Source of the DNA: a virus
Virus record (IMG/VR): IMGVR_UViG_3300025872_000050
Location: 14,348 to 78,347 of that record
DNA length: 64,000 nt
Reading direction: 5' to 3' (one strand)
Position 1 is the first letter of the stretch. Each line of letters opens with the position of its first letter. Of this stretch, positions 9,505 through 20,146 are shown in pieces. Under the pieces are notes generated by a model, which was not told where the DNA came from, made no database searches, and saw only the letters and a list, made by a program, of their open reading frames with translations. The position numbers were made by a program, and so were the translations under genes.

Positions 9505-9818
9505 CGCCGCTGGAGCGCGTAGAGGAGATGATGGCCGCCTACGGCATGACGTACAACGAGGTAGGCGGTCTGCCGGCTTCGCGCTTCGAACAGCTTTGGA
9601 AGGCCTACGCCATCCGTACGTCTCTCGACAAGCTCGATCGAGAGTACGACCGCCAGCGCACGACTGTCCAGAGCAGCATGGGTGAGCCCGAGAAGATCAA
9701 GGAAGCGCTCGAAGATCTTCATCACGCGTACCTCGCGCAGCGAGACGAGATCGCGTCCGGGAGGGCCTTCGAGGCCCAAGAGGAGCGCTTGGAAGACGAG
9801 ATCTGGTGGCCGAGATAA
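9435..9818 (+). CDS. Tail assembly chaperone -1 frameshift extension (gpT-like); candidate slippery site G GAT TTC at 9435-9441
   Basis: The -1 frame reads FREALVGD...MAAYGMTYNEVGGLP.. to TAA 9818; canonical G/GT arrangement. Confidence 0.6.
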   Translation, partial: GFREALVGDRQVDGDNEPGARVLTPLERVEEMMAAYGMTYNEVGGLPASRFEQLWKAYAIRTSLDKLDREYDRQRTTVQSSMGEPEKIKEALEDLHHAYLAQRDEIASGRAFEAQEERLEDEIWWPR

Positions 9819-9840
9819 CTCGGACGAGTATATTACCGTA
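9815..9840 (+). promoter_or_regulatory. Motif B copy (ATAACTCGGACGAGTATATTACCGTA), putative late promoter/operator
   Basis: Near-identical to 26888-26913 and similar to 41846-41871. Confidence 0.5.
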
Positions 9841-9930
9841 CTCGTTACGCCTGGTCCGCTCCGTTCGAGCTGATTCGGTCTAGGGGTACCGTAGACTGGT
9901 GCCCGATACGCGAAAACCGGCTTAGAGGAG

Positions 9931-10386
9931 GTGGTGCGCGTGCTTGTGACGGTCCAAGTGGTCGGTGACGAGCTCGTCGTCGCGAAGCTGCGCACGAGCG
10001 AAGCGGTGATCCGTGAGGAGTCGCGCTTCGCGATGGAGAAGACGCGCGACGTGCTCCAGGCGGCTCGCTTCGCCAACGTGCCGAAGGACACGGGCCTGCT
10101 CTCGAGCAGGCTCTCCGCGGACATCAAGGTCGATCGCTCGGTCAAGCGGGTCACGAGCGAGTACGGCTACGCGCCGCCGGCCGAGTACGGTCGGTTCGTC
10201 GACAAGGGCACCGGGGTCTACGGCCCGCTCAAGCGGCCGTTCATGGTGCGGCAGGGCACTAACGTTTACCTCCATCCGGGCATGGCCGGCCGCTACTTCG
10301 AGTCGCGGTCGCTGTACGAGACCCGAGGGCCGATGAAGGCCTTCTGGGGAGACGCCGGACGCCGGATCGCTGAGAGGCTCAACTGA
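9931..10386 (+). CDS. HK97 gp10-like tail completion protein
   Basis: PKDTGLL, YGRFVDKGTG and HPGMAGRYF motifs. Confidence 0.8.
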   Translation: MVRVLVTVQVVGDELVVAKLRTSEAVIREESRFAMEKTRDVLQAARFANVPKDTGLLSSRLSADIKVDRSVKRVTSEYGYAPPAEYGRFVDKGTGVYGPLKRPFMVRQGTNVYLHPGMAGRYFESRSLYETRGPMKAFWGDAGRRIAERLN

Positions 10387-13300
10387 TGGCCGACGTCATC
10401 GAGATCATCATCCGCGCGACGGACCTCGCGTCGGCCCAGATCGATCGCGTCGCCGACAAGATCGAGCAGCGCTTCGGTCGGCTCGAGCGCTCCTACGCGA
10501 GCCTCGGCAGCAAGACCAAGGACCTCGAAGACGACCACTTCCACCTCTCGCGCTCGCTCGACAAGACCGCCGACTCGATCGGCGACCTCGACAACGCGGT
10601 CAAGAAGTACACCGCCTCGGTCGACATCGCTGGCGATCGCACGGCCGCTTGGACGCGCCACATGGAGGGCATCAACTCCCCGATCAAGCGCGCGTCGTCC
10701 GAGCTCGGAGACTTCGACTCGATCCTGCGCCGCCACGGCGTCACGCTCGGCAACACCGACGTCGACCGCAACCGCTTCCAGCGCGCATGGCTCGCGATCG
10801 CCGACGGGATCATGAAGGCCGTGTCAGCGGCCACCGACTGGCTCAGCCTCAACATGGGGCCGAACCTAGCGGGGCTCGCGACGCACGCGAAGGGGCTGTC
10901 AGTCGCCTTCTCCGCGATCTCGACGGTGTTCCTCATCATCCTGGGTCTGGCGCCGCTCATCGTGGCCGCCATCGCGGCGATCACCATCGCGGTCGAAGGG
11001 CTCGCCGGCGTGATCGTAGCGCTCGGCGCAGCCATCGGCGTGCTCGTAGCCGCTCTGTCGACGCTGGTCTCGATCGCGGGCGTGCTGCCTCTGGCCATGC
11101 TCGGCATGCTGGGGATCTTCGCCGCCATCGCGACCGTGATCGGGCCGGCGGTGACGCAGATCTTCGGTGGCGTCAAGGCTCTGGAGGAGGCTGAGGCCAA
11201 GGCCAAGGAGTCCGCGGCCGCCACGACCAAGGCCCAGCAGGAGGCGCAGGAGAACCTCGCTCGGATCAGGCGCAACGCCTCCGAGCGCGAGAAGGACGCG
11301 GAGACGTCCCTGGCTCGGCTCAAGCGCGACAACCGCGAAGAGGAGCTCAACGCGGAGCGGCGTATCGGGGACATCCGCGAGCGCGTCGCCAACGCAGTCG
11401 CAGCGGCCGAAGCGCGGCTCGCTCAGCTTCGACGGCAGAACGCGCTGCTCCAGACGGAGCTCGAGCAGGACCTCAACAACGCTCGGGCTGAGCTCGCCGG
11501 CCTCGAGACTCGAGGCGCCAGCCCAGCAGAGATCGCAGCCGCAAGAGCTCGCGTCGACGAGCGCGAGCTCGCGCTGAAGCTCTTCAACACCGGCAAGGAG
11601 AAGCAGGCCGAGGTCGAGGCGGCCAACGCCGTCAAGAAGGCCAAGAAGGACGGCCAGCGCGAACTCGCAGACGCGATCAAGCAGCTCGCGGTCACGATCC
11701 GCAACAACAACGAGCAGGAGCTCGACGCCGAGGTCCGGCTCACGCGCCTCAAGCGCAACAACCGCGAGGAGATCGCGGCGGCTGAGAAGCGCGTCCAGGA
11801 GGCGGCGGTCACGTCGGCTCTGGCGGCCAACACCGCGTGGACGCAGCTCGACGAGACGCAGCAGAGGATCGCGCGCCGCATCAAGGACATCAAGGACCGC
11901 TTCGACGAGCTCTCCGAGCCGACGCGCAACAAGTTCCTCGCGTTCATGGAGCGGTTCCTGGACGTGGTCGACAAGCGGCTGCCGGGCGCGGTCTCGGTCA
12001 TCGACAAGTTCACCACGTCGCTGATCTCCATGGGCGACGCGTGGCTCAAGCTGAGCGAAGACGAGATCTTCAGCGACAACTTCAACACGAACGTCGACAC
12101 GGCGAACGAGGGCCTGCTCGACGTCAACCACGCGTTCATGGGGATCGCGGACGGGATCAACGCCGTGCTGGCGGCCGGTCAGCCGTTCTACGAGTGGCTC
12201 GGGAACCAGATCGCGGCGTTCGGCGACTACGTCTCCGAGAGCGCTCGCGTCAACCAGGCCAACGGCGAGATCGCCAACTTCTTCGACGCGTCCAAGAAGG
12301 TGCTGGAGGTCTTCGGCCGCACCCTCCGCGACGTCTTCTTCGCGCTCAAGAACATCCTGGAGATCGGCTTCAACGTCGGCTTCGACGCCCTCTTCGGTGA
12401 GAAGGGCTTCGGCGGCATGACCAAGAAGTTCCGCGAGTTCACCGAGTCGACCAAGGGCCGCAACGCGATCCGGGAGTTCTTCAAGGACGCGATCCCCGTC
12501 GCGAAGGAGACGTTCGGGCTGATCGGCGACATCCTCGGAGCGATCGCGAAGCTCGGGCGTGAGGCCATCCGTGGCGGCGAGGAGAGCCCGCTCTTCAAGG
12601 CGTTGAGCTTCCTGCGCGAGTTCTTCCAGAGCCTGCCCGATCGCATCCGCCGCTTCAATCAGCAGTGGGGTCCGACGGTCAAGAACGTCATCGCCGCGGT
12701 CATCGAGCTCGGCAAGGCATTCAACAAGCTCGCTGAGTTCATGAAGCCGGTGCTGAACGTCTTCGCGTTCATCTTCTACTGGATCGGGAAGATCCTGCAG
12801 TCCAAGTTCGTGCAGTGGGTGCTCCTCATCGTCGGCGCGATCGCAGCCGCGCTCGTGGTGGCTCTCGCGTTCGCAACCGGAGTCGGTGAAATCGGGGTCG
12901 GGATCTACGCGCTCATCACGGCCATCGCGGTCTTGGGCGTCTACTGGATCAAGGTCTGGGACCAGATCATCAGCTGGATCAAGCACTTCTTCAAGTGGAT
13001 GGGCGCGCTGTTCGACAAGTTCGACGAGTGGCTCACACGCTTCACCGAGTGGTGGGCCGACATGTACTTGGCGGTCCGGCAGTTCACCATCGACGCGTTC
13101 AAGGCGCTAGTCGGCTGGCTCGCCGACATCAGGAACTTCTTCACGAGCACGATCCCCAGCTTCGCCAGCACCGCAGCCAACGCTGTGGCCAACTTCTTCA
13201 AGGCCGTGTTCGACAAGATCGGCGAGCAGCTCGACGGCGTCTGGAAGCGGATCACCGGCTGGTGGGACGACATCAAGAACTTCTTCACGAACACGATCCC

Positions 13301-13913
13301 AGGCTTTGCGGGACGCGCCGCCGAAGCCTTCGGCGGGCTGTTCAAGACGATCGGCAACGCGGCCATCGCCGCGCTGAACGGCCTGATCGGAGCGCTGGAG
13401 ACCGGCATCGACCTCGTCTTCCAGGCGATCAACGAGATCCTCGAGCCCGCGCGCAAGGTCGGCGGCCTGATCAACAAGCTCGCTCCCGGCCCGGACATCA
13501 ACATCCCGAAGTTCGGAGAGGACACGATCGAGCTGCCACGTGTCCCTGCTCTCGCAGAGGGCGGCATCGTCCCCGCGACCCCGGGCGGCGTCTACCGCGT
13601 CGCGGAGGGCGGGTACCCGGAGGCGGTGCTCTCCCTGGACCCGAAGTACGCGGCGCGCACCATGTCGCTCGTCCAGAGGGTCATGTCGCACCTGGCCGGC
13701 ACCGCTCCGATGATCTCAGCCGCGACCAAGCTGAGCCCGGCGTCGCTGAACCGCAGGCTCCCGTCCTTCGCAGCGGGCGGGCTCGTGCAGGCCGCCGCCG
13801 TGGGCGGCAACACGAACCAGTTCAACATCGAGATCAACACGACGCAGGTGGAGCTGGACATCCCCTACATCATGAGGAGGCTGGAAGTGGAAGTAGGTGG
13901 CGTCCTTGCTTGA
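10386..13913 (+). CDS. Tape measure protein
   Basis: 1175 aa, Ala-rich coiled coil, hydrophobic stretches, W/F periodic repeats, C-terminal LAEGGIV...AEGGYPEAV. Confidence 0.9.
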   Translation: MADVIEIIIRATDLASAQIDRVADKIEQRFGRLERSYASLGSKTKDLEDDHFHLSRSLDKTADSIGDLDNAVKKYTASVDIAGDRTAAWTRHMEGINSPIKRASSELGDFDSILRRHGVTLGNTDVDRNRFQRAWLAIADGIMKAVSAATDWLSLNMGPNLAGLATHAKGLSVAFSAISTVFLIILGLAPLIVAAIAAITIAVEGLAGVIVALGAAIGVLVAALSTLVSIAGVLPLAMLGMLGIFAAIATVIGPAVTQIFGGVKALEEAEAKAKESAAATTKAQQEAQENLARIRRNASEREKDAETSLARLKRDNREEELNAERRIGDIRERVANAVAAAEARLAQLRRQNALLQTELEQDLNNARAELAGLETRGASPAEIAAARARVDERELALKLFNTGKEKQAEVEAANAVKKAKKDGQRELADAIKQLAVTIRNNNEQELDAEVRLTRLKRNNREEIAAAEKRVQEAAVTSALAANTAWTQLDETQQRIARRIKDIKDRFDELSEPTRNKFLAFMERFLDVVDKRLPGAVSVIDKFTTSLISMGDAWLKLSEDEIFSDNFNTNVDTANEGLLDVNHAFMGIADGINAVLAAGQPFYEWLGNQIAAFGDYVSESARVNQANGEIANFFDASKKVLEVFGRTLRDVFFALKNILEIGFNVGFDALFGEKGFGGMTKKFREFTESTKGRNAIREFFKDAIPVAKETFGLIGDILGAIAKLGREAIRGGEESPLFKALSFLREFFQSLPDRIRRFNQQWGPTVKNVIAAVIELGKAFNKLAEFMKPVLNVFAFIFYWIGKILQSKFVQWVLLIVGAIAAALVVALAFATGVGEIGVGIYALITAIAVLGVYWIKVWDQIISWIKHFFKWMGALFDKFDEWLTRFTEWWADMYLAVRQFTIDAFKALVGWLADIRNFFTSTIPSFASTAANAVANFFKAVFDKIGEQLDGVWKRITGWWDDIKNFFTNTIPGFAGRAAEAFGGLFKTIGNAAIAALNGLIGALETGIDLVFQAINEILEPARKVGGLINKLAPGPDINIPKFGEDTIELPRVPALAEGGIVPATPGGVYRVAEGGYPEAVLSLDPKYAARTMSLVQRVMSHLAGTAPMISAATKLSPASLNRRLPSFAAGGLVQAAAVGGNTNQFNIEINTTQVELDIPYIMRRLEVEVGGVLA

Positions 13914-14400
13914 GAAGCCGATCGTCTTCAACGGGTTCACCCTCAACAACAAGGCAGTCCGCGACGCGCTTAGGTCCACCGCTCCGTACTACGACTTCTG
14001 GGTGCGCAAGACCGACGGCCTCTTCGGCGGGCGGCAGATCAACCAGGGCGAGTACAACATCCCGCGCAAGCTCGGCGACTACGCGATCAACTCCGACGTC
14101 GGCGGTCAGCGGATCACGCTGTCGGGCGTGCTCAAGGCGCGCAACCTCCAGTACCTGCGAGCCGGAGGCCGCGCGTTCGAGCAGGCGCTCTGGGACGGCG
14201 GCTACCACCAGCTTCGGTTCCAGCTCTGGAACGAGCCGCAGCTCTACTACAACGCCCGCGTCTCGCAGGACCTCGTCATGAGCGAGGAGCAGCAGAACGG
14301 GACGATCTGGCAGCGCGTGTTCACGGTGCAGTTCTACGCCGCCGATCCCAGGACCTACCGCGTCAGCGACGGGAGCGTGTACCCAGCATGGCGAACGTGA
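13897..14400 (+). CDS. Distal tail protein (Dit-like)
   Basis: RITLSG...F.AADP motif; immediately after the tape measure. Confidence 0.75.
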   Translation: MASLLEKPIVFNGFTLNNKAVRDALRSTAPYYDFWVRKTDGLFGGRQINQGEYNIPRKLGDYAINSDVGGQRITLSGVLKARNLQYLRAGGRAFEQALWDGGYHQLRFQLWNEPQLYYNARVSQDLVMSEEQQNGTIWQRVFTVQFYAADPRTYRVSDGSVYPAWRT

Positions 14401-15653
14401 ACTACAGGGTCAAGCTCTACAGCCGCACGGGAGCCTACCTCGCCGACCTGTCCGAAGAGCTCACCAACCGCCGGCGCAGCGTCATCCTGAACGGCATCGA
14501 CGAGTTCGGCTTCGGCCTGTCGACGCGAGCCACCAACTCCGGTCTGGTGCAGCCGCTCAAGACGTTCGTGCGCGTCTGGCGCGACGTCGAGGGCCGAGCG
14601 CCCCGGCCCGAGAACCTGCCCAACTTCTGCGGTTGGGTGGCCTCTCCGACGCGATCGGCGAAGTCCAAGACGATGACCTTCAAGGCGTACGCGCCGGTCT
14701 GGAGGTTGCAGCACCGTTTCCACTTCGACAAGCACGACTTCAGCGACCCCACGGCCAAAGGCGCGCCGCTCGAGGCGATCGACAACACCCCCAAGACCCC
14801 GAGCGAGATCATCTGGCAGATGATCACGTACACAGCACAGATCCTCTCCGGCACGTGGGGCGACGACTACATGGGCCTGTCTCTCGGGTCGCTGAACACG
14901 CTCAACGAGGAGATCTGGTACGACCGCTACCCGCGCGGCCAGAACACGTGGAAGCTGCTGGACGACTTCCTCGCCAAGCGCATCTTCGACCTCTACCTCG
15001 CGTACTGGAACGACCCGGGCGAGCCGCAGACCCTCGCCAAGTTCAACACGCTCGCAGTCCGCGGGATGCGGCGCGACAGCCCGAAGTTCGAGTACGGCGT
15101 CGGCTCCGACAACCTGGAGGACATCACGGAGGTCGTCATCACCGACCCCAACGCCGTCGCCAACTACGTCGTCGTGCAGGGCCCGGGAGACACCAAGGCC
15201 GACAGGTCCATCTGGATCGCCAACGGCTCGACGCGGACGTTCGACTGGCTCGCAGCTCCTGTGATGCTCCCGAACGGGACGTGGACGCGACCGGGCGCGC
15301 CGGCCGTCACGTTGCCGGACACGCTCAACGAGTACGGCATCTACATGTCCTGGATGAAGAACGAGCTCGCGCTGTTCGCCGACCAGAGGGACGCCACCGC
15401 GTACCGCAAGCTCTCGCGGTCCGCGTACGCTCCGCAGGTGCTCAGCTGCGTCTTCCCGACGGGCAGCGACTCCGGCTTCGAGCATGACTGGGACGTCGGA
15501 GACGGGATGCTCGCTTCGTGCGACGAAGGCGCGATGCAGTTCACCGACGTCCGTCGGCGCGTCGCTCGAGTGGACCTCACGCTCGACGATCTGGGCGCTG
15601 AGTCGACCAACGTAACGTTGGTGGAGGACTACACCGCGGGGGTGAGCTCGTGA
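14388..15653 (+). CDS. Minor tail / baseplate hub protein
   Basis: NYVVVQG and DWDVGD..V..V patterns; synteny. Confidence 0.7.
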   Translation: MANVNYRVKLYSRTGAYLADLSEELTNRRRSVILNGIDEFGFGLSTRATNSGLVQPLKTFVRVWRDVEGRAPRPENLPNFCGWVASPTRSAKSKTMTFKAYAPVWRLQHRFHFDKHDFSDPTAKGAPLEAIDNTPKTPSEIIWQMITYTAQILSGTWGDDYMGLSLGSLNTLNEEIWYDRYPRGQNTWKLLDDFLAKRIFDLYLAYWNDPGEPQTLAKFNTLAVRGMRRDSPKFEYGVGSDNLEDITEVVITDPNAVANYVVVQGPGDTKADRSIWIANGSTRTFDWLAAPVMLPNGTWTRPGAPAVTLPDTLNEYGIYMSWMKNELALFADQRDATAYRKLSRSAYAPQVLSCVFPTGSDSGFEHDWDVGDGMLASCDEGAMQFTDVRRRVARVDLTLDDLGAESTNVTLVEDYTAGVSS

Positions 15654-15988
15654 AGTCGTACGAGGGCAACAAGGACCTCGCCGACAGGCTCCAGTCTGTC
15701 GCTCCGAGCGGCGGGCCGATGGTCGACTGGCTCACGTTCGTGCTCGAGGATCCCTGGACGAACATCGCGGACCATCGGCCGTTGCAGTTCCACCTAGGCG
15801 CCAACGGCAAGATCTACATCGAGGGAGCGTGCCAGGGCGGCGGCGTAGGGGATGTCATCGCGTACCTGCCGAACGGGTACCGACCCAAGTACAAGGTGCG
15901 GCTCAAGATCGCCGCGGGGGACGTCGGACACGCCACGGTCGAGGTCACGCCAGACGGAGCTCTGACGGTGATCGGAGTCTCCGTCTGA
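15650..15988 (+). CDS. Minor tail protein
   Basis: LPNGYRP motif common in tail-fibre C-terminal domains. Confidence 0.6.
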   Translation: MKSYEGNKDLADRLQSVAPSGGPMVDWLTFVLEDPWTNIADHRPLQFHLGANGKIYIEGACQGGGVGDVIAYLPNGYRPKYKVRLKIAAGDVGHATVEVTPDGALTVIGVSV

Positions 15989-15989
15989 G

Positions 15990-18900
15990 ATGGCGCCTCC
16001 TCAGAGCGACAACAAAGGCGCCGGCTACTACCTGCCGGCACAGCCTCGCGGGTGGTGGGGCATCAGCAACGCCGAGGCCACCACCCAGGCAGGGGAGCCG
16101 GCGCACGGCGGCGTGGGGCCGTTCCACTCCGTGTGGTGGGTCTTCGAGGTCTACCACATCGGGACGTACACCTTCTCGATCGAGCGCACGTGGGGCGGGC
16201 TCGACCCCGTGCTCGCCGCCTACAAGAACGTCCCCTTCAGCGGGTTCGCCGGCATCACGGAGCTCGACAGCGACGGAGCTTCGGCGCTGCCGACGATCAG
16301 CTTCACCGTCACCGAGGCAGACCGCTTCTCGGAGATCGCGATCGTCGTCGCGAGCAAGGCTGCGGGCGACTATGGCGGCTGCATCCTGACGTGGGACTTC
16401 GTCCCGGACGCCGCGAACAACAGCTTCGAGACCCCGACGCTGATCAGCGGCTCGGGCAGCGTCACAGACGTCGGCTTCGATGGGGCCGACTACAGCCACC
16501 TCGATCCGTGGCCGGAGTACTTCGACAACGCGAGCGGCAACCATTGGTACAAGGCTGAGCCGTCTGCAGACGGCAGCCTCAAGATCACGCTCACCAACAA
16601 GTACGCCTTCACGTTCTACAACGACCTCGGGGCCCGGATCTGGAAGGGCACGGATCCCAAGACCATGGAGGTCGTCGGGAACGCGTGGTGGTGGACGGGC
16701 GGCAACATCCCTGTCAACTCGACCCAGTCGGTGTCTGTGCCTGTCGAAGCGGGCGAGACCTACTACGTGGAGGTCTACGGAGACCTGCCGGAGACGCCGA
16801 TCGCCTACTCGCTCGCGTGGGTGCTGAACACGGACGTCGGAGTCGACTTTCAGCCTGCGACGCTGGGAGACTTCAGCAGCAACACGGGCGGCTCAGGCAG
16901 CGGCGGAAGCTTCACGTTCGCGCCGGGCCAGTTCGCTACCAAGACGTTGTACGGGTCGGGGCACCTGCGAGCGAACGACGACCACTACATCTGCTTCAAC
17001 GTCTGGTACGGGAACTCGACGCGGATCACGCCGACGAGCGGCGACGGGACGATCCCGATCCTCCGCGTCAAGAACCCAGCAGGGACGGTCATCTGGCAGG
17101 CCGTGATCTGGGAGACGCTCGCTGAGAACGGGTCGAACGATCAGCTCGCGTTCGGGTCCCAGGGGACGCTGTCTGGGTTCAAGGTCTCCGAGACGCCGCT
17201 GTTCGTGGAGGTCTTCATCTCCAAGACGGCCTACAGCAACCACATCTTCGATGTGATCGTGAACGGGCACCCGGTGCATTACTCCGTCATGCAGTACAAC
17301 TACGGCACCGGTGAGCTCGGCAGCGTGGAGATCGGCTACATCGTCGACAACAACGTGTCAGACCTCGACCTGCGGATCAGCGACGTTCGCATCAAGGACG
17401 TGCTCTGGGACCCGATCCCGGATCCTCCGTGGGGGACCCAGCCGAAGCATCGCGTGCTCGGCGGCTCGGGCTATACCGCCACGGGTTGGCCGACCACGGG
17501 CATGGGTCTCTCAGCTTCGTACAGCTCTGCCGTCGCGGACCCCACCGGCATGGGCATGGGCAAGGTGCTGCCGACCGGGAACAGCGCGGTCATGCGCGAG
17601 ATGTGGGCGCACAAGAGCCTGTCGTGGGGAGCGTGGTTCTACTGGGGCGACATCATCGGGCTGAACCAGACGATCATCTCGCTCGAGGCCAACGAGGACC
17701 CCAACACGTTCTTCGACGAGACGCTGTCCGTGATCGTCGACGACGGCGAGTGCTACGTCGACCTGCCCGGCTCGTACACCCACACGCTAGGCGAGCGCGC
17801 GAGCTGGTACGCGCACCGCAAGCTCGAGGTCGGGTCGTGGAACTTCATCGAGCTCTCGGTCGACGAAATCTACCCGCGCATGCGAGGACGGCTCTGGATC
17901 AACGGCGAGCTCCAGGCTGAGTGGACCGAGCCGAGGTCCGTCTGCCGTCAGTTCACGAGCCTGCAGACGCCCTACGTGGCCATCGGCAGCACGGGGACGT
18001 CCGGCTACATCGGCACGCACGTCTACGGCTTGAAGGGGCCCATCGGCCCGGTCAAGGCTGTGGAGCTCCTGCCGAACGCGTCCGGGACGCACAACACGAC
18101 GCCACCCTGGGACCCGCCCAACGACAACCCCAACCTGGGGCCGCTCCCCGAGGGCTGGTTCACGACCACGGACAACGGCAACACGTGGACGAGCATGGAC
18201 CCGTCGACCGCTATCCATCAGCTGTTGGACGAGAATCCTCCAGTGACGTCGGGTTCGAGCGACTTCGTCGGCAACGCGACGATGGACGCTGGAGCGTACG
18301 CGCAGATCGGCTATCAGGACGTGGCCAACGACGAGACGGTGTTGAAGGTGACGGCGTTCAACGCCTATCGAGCGATGCGCACTCTCAAGAGCGACGGCGG
18401 CCTCATCGAGGACGCGTCTCCAGACTTCCAACCCTGGACAACTGGAGGCTACGGAGGCAACGCTGAGTTCGACCAGAAGTACATCGTCGGCGGCGAGGAG
18501 ATCGTGCAATCGGCTGGGTTCCACACCTTCACCGTGCACGGCCCCGGCTCGATGCAGACCGACATGCCCGCTACGGCTCCGTCACGCGAGGCGTGGACAC
18601 CGACGCTGCTGAACGACCTGGTCGCGAGATGGGGCTTCCACAACGGCTGGGACGGTCAGAACGGCAACGCGTGGCTCGCTTCTCGGCTCGAGGTGCTGCT
18701 CGCTGAGGCGGCTCCAGAGATGACGCTGCCGGTGTTCACGATGCCCGCTCCGACGTTCGAGACGCGGACGACGCTCGACACCCTCGACAACTACACCACG
18801 ACGCTGGACTCGTGCGACGGGCCGATCTGGACGAACCGCGGCCACGACCCGCAGATGTACAACAAGGTCTGGTGGCAGATCTGGTTCCAGCCGTACAACG

Positions 18901-19352
18901 ACGGTGAGACCATCTGGTGGCGCGTCGTCCCGGCCTACGACCCGGACGTCCCCGGCCTCGACGGGACGTTCACCGATCAGGGGCTCTCGATCACGGAGTG
19001 GACGATCGGCGGCAAGTACCGCAAGACGTTCAACCGGCAGGAGCAGCTCGACGTCCACTGGATGACGCCGCACATCACCGAGCCGCGAGTCAAGTCCAAC
19101 ACGCTGATCTACAACGCCTGCTCGACCGACAAGCTCGACGTCAACCGACAGGTGCGCATCGAGGCGTACACCGTCGACCAGAACGGCGTCGCCTCTCCGA
19201 CCGCCACGCTGACCCTGGACGTGGAGAAGGGCCTGTGCTGCATCGATGACCTCTACTTCTCGACGGTGTTCGACCGCGGCGAGGGAGTCGGCAGCGTCGC
19301 CACTCCGGTCGGCGCGCTCCTGTTCAGCGACGTCTCGTTCGACAGGGCCTGA
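15990..19352 (+). CDS. Large minor tail / receptor-binding protein with beta-sandwich (PPC-like and LamG-like) domains
   Basis: 1120 aa, rich in Thr, Gly and Trp; NNSFETPT and WNFIEL...LWING motifs. Confidence 0.65.
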   Translation: MAPPQSDNKGAGYYLPAQPRGWWGISNAEATTQAGEPAHGGVGPFHSVWWVFEVYHIGTYTFSIERTWGGLDPVLAAYKNVPFSGFAGITELDSDGASALPTISFTVTEADRFSEIAIVVASKAAGDYGGCILTWDFVPDAANNSFETPTLISGSGSVTDVGFDGADYSHLDPWPEYFDNASGNHWYKAEPSADGSLKITLTNKYAFTFYNDLGARIWKGTDPKTMEVVGNAWWWTGGNIPVNSTQSVSVPVEAGETYYVEVYGDLPETPIAYSLAWVLNTDVGVDFQPATLGDFSSNTGGSGSGGSFTFAPGQFATKTLYGSGHLRANDDHYICFNVWYGNSTRITPTSGDGTIPILRVKNPAGTVIWQAVIWETLAENGSNDQLAFGSQGTLSGFKVSETPLFVEVFISKTAYSNHIFDVIVNGHPVHYSVMQYNYGTGELGSVEIGYIVDNNVSDLDLRISDVRIKDVLWDPIPDPPWGTQPKHRVLGGSGYTATGWPTTGMGLSASYSSAVADPTGMGMGKVLPTGNSAVMREMWAHKSLSWGAWFYWGDIIGLNQTIISLEANEDPNTFFDETLSVIVDDGECYVDLPGSYTHTLGERASWYAHRKLEVGSWNFIELSVDEIYPRMRGRLWINGELQAEWTEPRSVCRQFTSLQTPYVAIGSTGTSGYIGTHVYGLKGPIGPVKAVELLPNASGTHNTTPPWDPPNDNPNLGPLPEGWFTTTDNGNTWTSMDPSTAIHQLLDENPPVTSGSSDFVGNATMDAGAYAQIGYQDVANDETVLKVTAFNAYRAMRTLKSDGGLIEDASPDFQPWTTGGYGGNAEFDQKYIVGGEEIVQSAGFHTFTVHGPGSMQTDMPATAPSREAWTPTLLNDLVARWGFHNGWDGQNGNAWLASRLEVLLAEAAPEMTLPVFTMPAPTFETRTTLDTLDNYTTTLDSCDGPIWTNRGHDPQMYNKVWWQIWFQPYNDGETIWWRVVPAYDPDVPGLDGTFTDQGLSITEWTIGGKYRKTFNRQEQLDVHWMTPHITEPRVKSNTLIYNACSTDKLDVNRQVRIEAYTVDQNGVASPTATLTLDVEKGLCCIDDLYFSTVFDRGEGVGSVATPVGALLFSDVSFDRA

Positions 19353-19355
19353 CCG

Positions 19356-20075
19356 ATGACCGAGCTCTACTTCTCAGGCGAGCGCTTCACGCCGACGTCG
19401 GGCTTCTCGGATGGAGACCCCGTAGACCCCGGCGGCGGAGGCGGCGGAGGCGGCGGAGGCACCAAAGTCCTCGAGCTGTCGTTCGACCCGGACGTGCGGT
19501 CGTTCGTGGAGTACAACCTCTCGGTCGCGGAGCCCGAGTTCTGGGTGCAGTTCAGGGTCATGTTCCCGGCCGATTCGTACACCGAGATCTTCACGTGGCA
19601 ACCCGACATCATCGCGTTCGCCTCGTCGACCGGCATCCGCTCGAGCATCTTCGCCGACGACAGCACCGACAAGCTGTGGGACTGGTGGTCGAGCTATCCG
19701 GCCTGGGGCGACATCCCCGCAGACACCTGGGTGACCATCGACGCGCACATGGCTATCGTCGACTCTACAAGCCCTCCAGTCAAGACGCTGCAGTTCGGCT
19801 TCCGCGTGAACAGCGGCGCGCTCGTGGCGCCGGAGGAGACGTCCGAGGAGTCGTTCAACGACACCTTCTCGGGCTCGACCACGTGGGACTTCATCCGGAT
19901 GGGCAACGCAGGCTTCCCGTCGGTGCCGCTGCACTGGTACATGGACGATCTGAAGGTGTCGTACGACAACTGGGTGTGCGACGGAGGCGCGATCGCCTTC
20001 AGCGACGACTACGAGTCGGGCTCGGTCTCCGGAGGGTCGGTCGGCGGCGCGGCGGCGGTGGTCCCGACCCCGTGA
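19356..20075 (+). CDS. Minor tail protein with a LamG/lectin-like domain after a poly-Gly linker
   Basis: G10 linker, beta-rich domain, WYMDDLKV; ends the tail module. Confidence 0.55.
   Translation: MTELYFSGERFTPTSGFSDGDPVDPGGGGGGGGGGTKVLELSFDPDVRSFVEYNLSVAEPEFWVQFRVMFPADSYTEIFTWQPDIIAFASSTGIRSSIFADDSTDKLWDWWSSYPAWGDIPADTWVTIDAHMAIVDSTSPPVKTLQFGFRVNSGALVAPEETSEESFNDTFSGSTTWDFIRMGNAGFPSVPLHWYMDDLKVSYDNWVCDGGAIAFSDDYESGSVSGGSVGGAAAVVPTP
19431..19460 (+). repeat. (GGCGGCGGA)3GGC tandem repeat encoding 10 Gly
   Basis: Read directly from the sequence. Confidence 0.9.
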
Positions 20076-20080
20076 TGCGG

Positions 20081-20141
20081 TGTACATGCCTCGGGCATTA
20101 GTATACAATTATCTTGTGTACATAAACCTCGCCCGAGGAGG
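20081..20141 (+). promoter_or_regulatory. Class A promoter (TGTACA-N17-TACAAT) plus start-associated hairpin CCTCGCCCGAGGAGG
   Basis: -35 at 20081-86, -10 at 20104-09, 15-mer at 20127-41. Confidence 0.75.
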
Positions 20142-20146
20142 CAGAG

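Noticed and set aside
13110-13330. Repeat within the tape measure gene (NFFT.TIP.FA twice)
   Set aside because: Normal tape-measure periodicity, not a separate element.
15990-20075. Diversity-generating retroelement or invertible tail-fibre cassette
   Set aside because: No reverse transcriptase or invertase, and no TR/VR repeat pair seen in the window.
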